In this document: positions 58,061 to 64,000 of the stretch, one piece after another
Layout of the letters: every line of letters starts with the position of its first letter
How positions within the stretch are numbered: the stretch's first letter is position 1
NCBI GenBank assembly: GCA_965207885.1
Contig: OZ242311.1
Coordinates: forward strand, 4,288,001 to 4,352,000
DNA from: Candidatus Latescibacterota bacterium
GTDB taxonomy: Bacteria > Latescibacterota > UBA2968
DNA: 64,000 nucleotides
Reading direction: 5' to 3'
The notes under the pieces: generated by a model
Database searches by the model: none
Told to the model about the DNA's origin: nothing
Seen by the model: only the letters and a program-made list of their open reading frames with translations
Program-made: the position numbers and the translations under genes

Positions 58061-59317
58061 ATGAAAGTGCGAATCGGCATCATCGGATGTGCGCGAATAC
58101 TAAACGCCCATTTGCGTGGCTATAAAATCCTGCAGGAAAACGGTTTTGGCGATCTCTTTCAGATCACAGCTTTGTGCGCACGCAAAGAAGAAGACGCCCA
58201 CCGCTTCCGAAAGCGAGGCGAGGGGCCCGGTCCTCGTCCCGCACCTGTTGACGCGCCCGGGGATCCGCTCAATGCACCGCATTCATTTATCAATGACCTG
58301 CATCCCGATAGCGATGCAGAAGTGTACATCAACTACAACGAAATGTTGGAAAAGGGCAAAATCGACGCAGTGATCATCTTGACCGGACACGACAACCACC
58401 ACAGCATCGCCATCGACGCCATGAGAGCAGGCAAACACGTCTCGGTCGAAAAACCAATGGCAATCTCGGTCAAAGCAGCCCAGCGAATGTGCGAAGTCGC
58501 CGACGAAACCGGACAAATTTTGAGCATAGACGAAAATGTGAATTTCAATCCCTCTACCTGGGCCAGTCAGTGGGCAGTAGAAAAGGGCCTGATTGGCGAT
58601 GTACAAATGCTCTATCGCGGCGTCATCGGATTTCGCAATTCGCGTCCAGACCTCGTGGCCGCGCGAACGCCCTGGCGTCAGAGCAAACTGGGCGCGGGCG
58701 GGGGTGTTGCCATCGATCTGGGCGTCCACCTTTTTAACGGCGTCCGCACAATTTGTGGACCCGTAAAATCCATTCAAGCCCTGTGGCGCACGCTCGAATC
58801 TGTGCGCGTCTTGATGTCCGACGATGATCGCGCCGTAGTCGATCAAATCGAAAATCAGGTGGATGATGCTTTTTTTGCCAACTTTGAATTTGAAAACGGT
58901 GGCATCGGGCACATGGCTGTATCGAGAAGCGCGCGGGGAACACAGGTCGGCGTACCGGGCGGCACGAATATTTGGGGCAGCAAAGGAGCGATCTCAGACG
59001 GGCAATTATTTGGCGAAGACGGTACATCGGAAAATGTGGAAGATCGATTTCAACGCGAAGCCGATCCATCGCGCATATCCGAAGTCATGCCGAGCGGAAT
59101 CACCGATGCATTTGCGCTTGAGAACCTGAACTGGCTGCAAGCCATCGTAAACGGCAAACCCATCCAGATGAGCGGCGAAGAAGGCACCATCGACCTGGCA
59201 TTGAGCTATGCGATTCTCGAATCTGGCATGCTCGGACGCGCCGTCACTTTAGACGAAATGTTAAAAGGTGAAGTGGATGGGTATCAGAAAGAAATCAATG
59301 ACTATTACGGATTATAA
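58061..59317 (+). CDS. Gfo/Idh/MocA oxidoreductase
   Basis: IGIIGC, GKHVSVEKP, DLGVH. Confidence 0.88.
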   Translation: MKVRIGIIGCARILNAHLRGYKILQENGFGDLFQITALCARKEEDAHRFRKRGEGPGPRPAPVDAPGDPLNAPHSFINDLHPDSDAEVYINYNEMLEKGKIDAVIILTGHDNHHSIAIDAMRAGKHVSVEKPMAISVKAAQRMCEVADETGQILSIDENVNFNPSTWASQWAVEKGLIGDVQMLYRGVIGFRNSRPDLVAARTPWRQSKLGAGGGVAIDLGVHLFNGVRTICGPVKSIQALWRTLESVRVLMSDDDRAVVDQIENQVDDAFFANFEFENGGIGHMAVSRSARGTQVGVPGGTNIWGSKGAISDGQLFGEDGTSENVEDRFQREADPSRISEVMPSGITDAFALENLNWLQAIVNGKPIQMSGEEGTIDLALSYAILESGMLGRAVTLDEMLKGEVDGYQKEINDYYGL

Positions 59318-59331
59318 TCCTGGAGCACGCG

Positions 59332-60093
59332 ATGAAAATCTCACCAGAACACCGGCAACAGTTAGACGAACAGGGCTATGTAATCATCCCCAATGTACTC
59401 TCTGAATCCGAGATATCGCACTATCGCGCACTACTGCTACGCCTCGCTGAACAAGAGCGCGGAGATGGCTCGGGACGGGTGCATACCAGTGGCAGGGGCC
59501 AGCATGTGCGGTGGCTGGTGAACAAGGGAAAACCATTTGAAAAGCTGGTGGCACATCCCAAAGTCGTGCCCTATTTTGAATATATGCTGGGCGAAGATTA
59601 TACCCTCAGCACACTCACGTCAAATGTGATTTATCCGGGCGCCGAAGACAACGCGTTTCACGTTGATAATGCGCTTGGCAAAATGCCAGAGCCGCTGCCC
59701 TCATTCCCCATGTTTGTCAACACCCTGTGGCTCCTGAACGACTTTACCCCACAAAACGGGGGCACGCGCTTTGTGCCCGGCAGCCATAGGTTCTTAAAAA
59801 AGCCCCCGCCAACAGACCATCCACACGCGCTTTGCCATCCCGACGAAATGCGGCTCTCAGCCCCAAAAGGCTCAGTATTCTTGTTCAACGGCGCAATATG
59901 GCACGCCACAGGATCCAACCGCACAGATGACGCCCGCGTATGCCTGATCTGCTTTTGCTGCCGATCATTTCTAAAGCCGATGTTCGATTTTGTACACTAC
60001 CTCAAACCCGAAGTGGTGGATCGAGCCACGCCGGAAATGAAGCGCATCTACGGATTTAATTCTCAACCCCAACCGCCGGATGTGCGCGATTAA
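59332..60093 (+). CDS. Phytanoyl-CoA dioxygenase (PhyH) family
   Basis: FHVD, NGGTRFVPGSH, WHATG.N. Confidence 0.88.
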   Translation: MKISPEHRQQLDEQGYVIIPNVLSESEISHYRALLLRLAEQERGDGSGRVHTSGRGQHVRWLVNKGKPFEKLVAHPKVVPYFEYMLGEDYTLSTLTSNVIYPGAEDNAFHVDNALGKMPEPLPSFPMFVNTLWLLNDFTPQNGGTRFVPGSHRFLKKPPPTDHPHALCHPDEMRLSAPKGSVFLFNGAIWHATGSNRTDDARVCLICFCCRSFLKPMFDFVHYLKPEVVDRATPEMKRIYGFNSQPQPPDVRD

Positions 60094-60183
60094 ACTGACC
60101 TCACAAATGTACGCATTAATCGCGCCCCCGATTCACCGTTGAATCGGGGATATTTTTGGATAATCCAACAAAAGAGGCAAGCC

Positions 60184-61323
60184 ATGAAAATTACCGACGT
60201 CAAAGCCACAACATTGAAGGGCTACAAAGATTGGAACTACGTGAAAGTAGAAACCGATGCTGGCATATCGGGCATAGGTGAAGCACATCCGGGCGAAGGC
60301 ATAACCGATGCGGTGACAAAATGCTTGCGCCCCATGCTCATCGGGCAAAATCCCCTGAATGTCGAGCCACTCTACACGCGGATGCTCGACCGTTCTACTG
60401 GGCAATCTACCGCCGGGATACTCCTCGGCGCAATCGGCGGTGTGGAAACAGCTCTTTGGGATGTCGCGGGCAAAGCCATTGGCGTGCCAGTCTATCAATT
60501 ACTCGGCGGAAAATATCGAGACCGACTGCGGATGTACGCCGATGTGGGCAGGGGACGAAATCGTACAAACACCCCCGAGACATGGGCCGAGCGCGCCAAA
60601 GAGGGCGTGGCAGATGGGTATCAGTCCATCAAATTCGACATCGACGGATCGGCAAACGAATTGCAACATGACCCCGTAGATCGCGGGTTATCACTCGCCG
60701 AATTGGACAAAATGGAAGCCATGGTATCCGCAGTCCGCGACGCTGTCGGATACGACATCGACCTGTGTATTGACTGCCACGGAAAATACAATGTGCGCGA
60801 CGTGCTCTTACTCGCCCAGCGCCTGGAAAAATTCAACCTGATGTTCCTCGAAGACCCCGTACCCCCGGAAAATATCGACGCCATGGGCAAAGTAACGGCT
60901 TCGACATCCATACCGATCTGCACGGGCGAATGGGTCCACCGCAGAGATGGATTTCGCAGGCTAATTGAGAATCAGGCATGCGACATGCTACACATCGATA
61001 TCTCAGCGACCGGCGGCATGCTGGAAGGCAAAAAAATCGCCGACCTGGCAGATCTGTACTATATGCCCGCCGCATTCCACAACATCGTATCGCCGCTGGG
61101 CATGGTAGCATCCGCGCATGTAGGCGCAACCGTAAGAAACCTCCACACCCTGGAACTGCCCTACCACGCAGACCAGATAGAATGGCGATGGGACCTCGTA
61201 ATCAGCGACGAGCCATTAATTCAGGATGGACAATTTGTCCTCCCAGAAAAACCGGGCCTCGGCGTCGAATTTAACGAGGATTTGGCACGCGCGCATGTGA
61301 AAGAAGGGTATGATTTCTTCTGA
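60184..61323 (+). CDS. Mandelate racemase/MLE enolase-superfamily enzyme
   Basis: ETALWDVAGK, KFD, DCH, LEDP, TGE, PGLG. Confidence 0.9.
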   Translation: MKITDVKATTLKGYKDWNYVKVETDAGISGIGEAHPGEGITDAVTKCLRPMLIGQNPLNVEPLYTRMLDRSTGQSTAGILLGAIGGVETALWDVAGKAIGVPVYQLLGGKYRDRLRMYADVGRGRNRTNTPETWAERAKEGVADGYQSIKFDIDGSANELQHDPVDRGLSLAELDKMEAMVSAVRDAVGYDIDLCIDCHGKYNVRDVLLLAQRLEKFNLMFLEDPVPPENIDAMGKVTASTSIPICTGEWVHRRDGFRRLIENQACDMLHIDISATGGMLEGKKIADLADLYYMPAAFHNIVSPLGMVASAHVGATVRNLHTLELPYHADQIEWRWDLVISDEPLIQDGQFVLPEKPGLGVEFNEDLARAHVKEGYDFF

Positions 61324-61346
61324 ATCGAAAAATTGGAGGACATGCA

Positions 61347-61529
61347 ATGAGAGACCACTACACCTACCGCATCACATGGTCTCCTGAAGACAACGCGCAT
61401 GTGGGTCTATGCGCTGAATTCCCATCACTAAGCTGGCTGGCACCTACTCCCGATGAGGCTTTGGACGGTATCCAGCGACTTGTGCGCGAATGCCTTGCAG
61501 ACATGCAAAGAACAGGAGAAGCGATTTAA
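61347..61529 (+). pseudogene. Truncated HicB-family antitoxin
   Basis: YTYRITWSPEDNAHVGLCAEFPSLSW...EALDGI; stops before the RHH domain; no hicA nearby. Confidence 0.72.
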
Positions 61530-61619
61530 CCAACTTTAGTCGTTGACAAGGGATGGCAGATTTCTATATTGATGCGGCTTTTGAGAAAATCTTAGATGCA
61601 CATAGAAAAAGGAGACACT

Positions 61620-62777
61620 ATGGAACTCAACATCGGCATGATCGGATATTCATTCATGGGCAAAGCGCACAGCAATGGATTCCGCCAATTGCCCGCATTT
61701 TTTCCCGAACTCGGTGTAACACCCGTATTAAAAGTAATCTGTGGACGCAACCCCGACGCCGTAAAAGATGCGGCTGAAACATATCAATGGGAAGAATACG
61801 AAACCGACTGGGAAAAAGTCGTCAATCGAGACGACATCGACGTCATCGACATCTGCACACCCGGCGACCAGCACCTGCCCATGGCACTCGCCGCATTGAA
61901 AGCCGGCAAACACGTCATCTGTGAAAAACCCCTCACAAACACCCTCGCAGAAGCCAGAGAATTGTTGGCCGTGGCAGAAAACACCAACAAAAAAACCATG
62001 GTTGCATTCAACTACCGCCGCGTGCCCGCAGTGGCATTGGCTCGGCAATTGATCGCCGAAGGGCGGATTGGAGAAATTTATCACTGGCGCGCCGTGTACT
62101 TGCAAGACTGGATCATCGACCCCGACTTCCCACTCGTCTGGCGATTGGAAAAAGACAAAGCCGGTTCGGGACCGCACGGCGATCTGAACGCGCACATCAT
62201 CGACCTCGCCCTCCATCTCGTAGGCGACATCGACAGCGTAGTCGGCGCAGATACCACCTTCATCAAAGAACGCCCGCTGCTCGAAGCCGTTGATGGGGGC
62301 CTGGGGGCGCAAGGTGGCGAACAAATGGGCCAGGTGACCGTTGACGATGCCACCATGTTTTTGGCCCGGTTCCAAAACGGCGCACTCGGCACATTTGAAG
62401 CCACGCGATTTGCCGCCGGACGGCGCAACTACAACCATTTTGAAATCAACGGAAGCAAAGGCAGTATCGCATTTAACCTGCAAAAAATGAACGAATTGCA
62501 ATTCTATTCGCGCGACGACGACGATCACATCCAGGGCTTCCGAGAAATCATCGTAGGTGAAGGCAGTCAACCCTTTATGGGCGCGTGGTGGCCCCCGGGA
62601 CACATAATTGGCTGGGAACACACATTCACGCATGAATTCAGGGATTTCTTTGAAGCGATTGCACAGGATGGAACCTTTTCTCCCGACTTTGCCGAAGGCA
62701 CAAAGGTACAGGCCATCCTGGAAGCCGTAGTCGACTCAGCAGCGTCAAAAACCTGGCAAGACGTGCCAAAAATTTGA
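61620..62777 (+). CDS. Gfo/Idh/MocA dehydrogenase, levoglucosan-dehydrogenase-like
   Basis: GYSFMGKAHS, EKPL, FNYRR.PAV, YLQDW, GDL.AH; TTGACA-N16-TATATT upstream at 61543. Confidence 0.88.
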   Translation: MELNIGMIGYSFMGKAHSNGFRQLPAFFPELGVTPVLKVICGRNPDAVKDAAETYQWEEYETDWEKVVNRDDIDVIDICTPGDQHLPMALAALKAGKHVICEKPLTNTLAEARELLAVAENTNKKTMVAFNYRRVPAVALARQLIAEGRIGEIYHWRAVYLQDWIIDPDFPLVWRLEKDKAGSGPHGDLNAHIIDLALHLVGDIDSVVGADTTFIKERPLLEAVDGGLGAQGGEQMGQVTVDDATMFLARFQNGALGTFEATRFAAGRRNYNHFEINGSKGSIAFNLQKMNELQFYSRDDDDHIQGFREIIVGEGSQPFMGAWWPPGHIIGWEHTFTHEFRDFFEAIAQDGTFSPDFAEGTKVQAILEAVVDSAASKTWQDVPKI

Positions 62778-62796
62778 ACTAAAACAGGAGTAAAAA

Positions 62797-63795
62797 ATGG
62801 CAAGACCAGTTACGTTATTCACCGGACAATGGGCGGACTTGACACTGGAAGTCATGCTGCAAAAAGCCAGAGACTTTGGCTATGACGGCGTGGAACTCGC
62901 CTGTTGGGGCGACCACATGGACGTGCGCGAAGCCGCATCGAACGACGGCTATGTGCGCGAAAAAAAGGAATTGCTCGAACAATACGGCATGCAGTGCTTT
63001 GCCATTAGCAATCACCTGGCCGGACAGGCCGTATGCGACAACATCGACGAACGGCACGAGGCAATCTTGCCGCCCCATGTATGGGGCGATGGCGACCCCG
63101 AAGGCGTGCGACAACGCGCCGCCGAAGAAATGATAGCAACAGCCGAAGCCGCAAAAGCCATGGGCCTGGCCGTGGTCAATGGCTTTACCGGATCCTCAAT
63201 TTGGCATCTGTTGTACTCTTTTCCCCCGGTGTCACCCGATCAGATCGACGCGGGATTTAGCGACTTTGCAGACCGCTGGAACCCGATTCTGGATGTCTTC
63301 CAAAATAACGACGTGCGATTCGCACTCGAAGTGCATCCAACGGAAATCGCATTTGATATAGCCTCATCTGCCCGGGCATTAGAAGCACTGGAAAACCGAC
63401 CGGAATTTGGCTTCAATTACGACCCCAGCCACCTGGTCTATCAAAATGTGGATTATGTCGGCTTTATCCGCGAGTTCAGCGACCGGATCTATCACGTCCA
63501 CATGAAAGACTCGTACCTATCGCCCAATCCCAAACGCGCAGGTATATTTGGTGGGCATACAAATTTCGGCGACCCGGACCGCAGTTGGGATTTCCGCTCA
63601 GTGGGCCGCGGCAGCGTGGATTTCGAAGAAATCATTCGCGCATTAAACGACATTGGCTACGATGGACCGCTCTCCGTCGAGTGGGAAGATTCGGGCATGG
63701 ACCGCGAACACGGCGCAACCGAATCCTGCGCCTTTGTCAATGAGATCGACTTTGAACCCTCAGACGTGGCATTTGACGCGGCGTTTGAAGAATAG
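62797..63795 (+). CDS. Sugar phosphate isomerase/epimerase (AP_endonuc_2 TIM barrel)
   Basis: [35 protein letters not shown]. Confidence 0.88.
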   Translation: MARPVTLFTGQWADLTLEVMLQKARDFGYDGVELACWGDHMDVREAASNDGYVREKKELLEQYGMQCFAISNHLAGQAVCDNIDERHEAILPPHVWGDGDPEGVRQRAAEEMIATAEAAKAMGLAVVNGFTGSSIWHLLYSFPPVSPDQIDAGFSDFADRWNPILDVFQNNDVRFALEVHPTEIAFDIASSARALEALENRPEFGFNYDPSHLVYQNVDYVGFIREFSDRIYHVHMKDSYLSPNPKRAGIFGGHTNFGDPDRSWDFRSVGRGSVDFEEIIRALNDIGYDGPLSVEWEDSGMDREHGATESCAFVNEIDFEPSDVAFDAAFEE

Positions 63796-63820
63796 CTTTC
63801 AGCAGTCAACTTTCAGTGGT

Positions 63821-63876
63821 CAGCCCTCCCATCCACCGCCCCAACAGGGCGGAATAGTGAGGGCTGGCATTTTTTT
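63821..63876 (+). terminator. Intrinsic terminator-like hairpin
   Basis: CAGCCCTC...CCGCCC...GGGCGG...GAGGGCTG followed by T7. Confidence 0.6.
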
Positions 63877-63888
63877 GGGGAATACACA

Positions 63889-64000
63889 ATGGCACGTTAT
63901 CTATTTCTCGCAATATTGATGCTAATAACCGCTTGTGGACAACAGACCGGGCGCACGGTCGTCTTTGGGCGCGGTGGCGATTCTGTCGGACTGGATCCCG
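63889..64000 (+). CDS. ABC transporter family-5 substrate-binding lipoprotein (partial, runs off window)
   Basis: MARYLFLAILMLITAC lipobox, then VVFGRGGDSVGLDP. Confidence 0.75.
   Translation, partial: MARYLFLAILMLITACGQQTGRTVVFGRGGDSVGLDP

Overview
Bacterial chromosomal window with no rRNA, tRNA or CRISPR detected. GWxTD, Reg_prop/Y_Y_Y and DFDGDG dockerin-like domains, LRR/MORN repeat proteins, and many PhyH, sulfatase, enolase and Gfo/Idh/MocA genes suggest an FCB-group organism, possibly a Latescibacterota-like host-associated symbiont (inference). 1-11.7 kb and 41-64 kb are mostly sugar, sugar-acid and sulfate-ester catabolism genes. 15-22.8 kb is housekeeping (selB, selA, GWxTD, fbaB, mazG). 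The main feature is an accessory island at about 22.8-41.0 kb. A soluble beta-propeller-sensor sigma54 activator (37750-40965) lies divergent from a perfect -24/-12 promoter with three tandem palindromic UAS-like sites. Downstream of that promoter is a co-oriented 12.6-kb array of predicted secreted proteins: DUF4189; MORN-like repeat proteins with a conserved core and hypervariable loops; two FGE/CLec-domain genes whose 3' ends carry a DGR-type variable-region signature; and two copies of an LRR-Ig-PL6-like lyase-dockerin gene. The array shows domain and signal-peptide shuffling, a tyrosine recombinase relic and IS activity. Its left edge has TA genes and an integrase-arm / dead PD-(D/E)xK nuclease fusion. 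All annotations are by eye from motifs; no searches were run.
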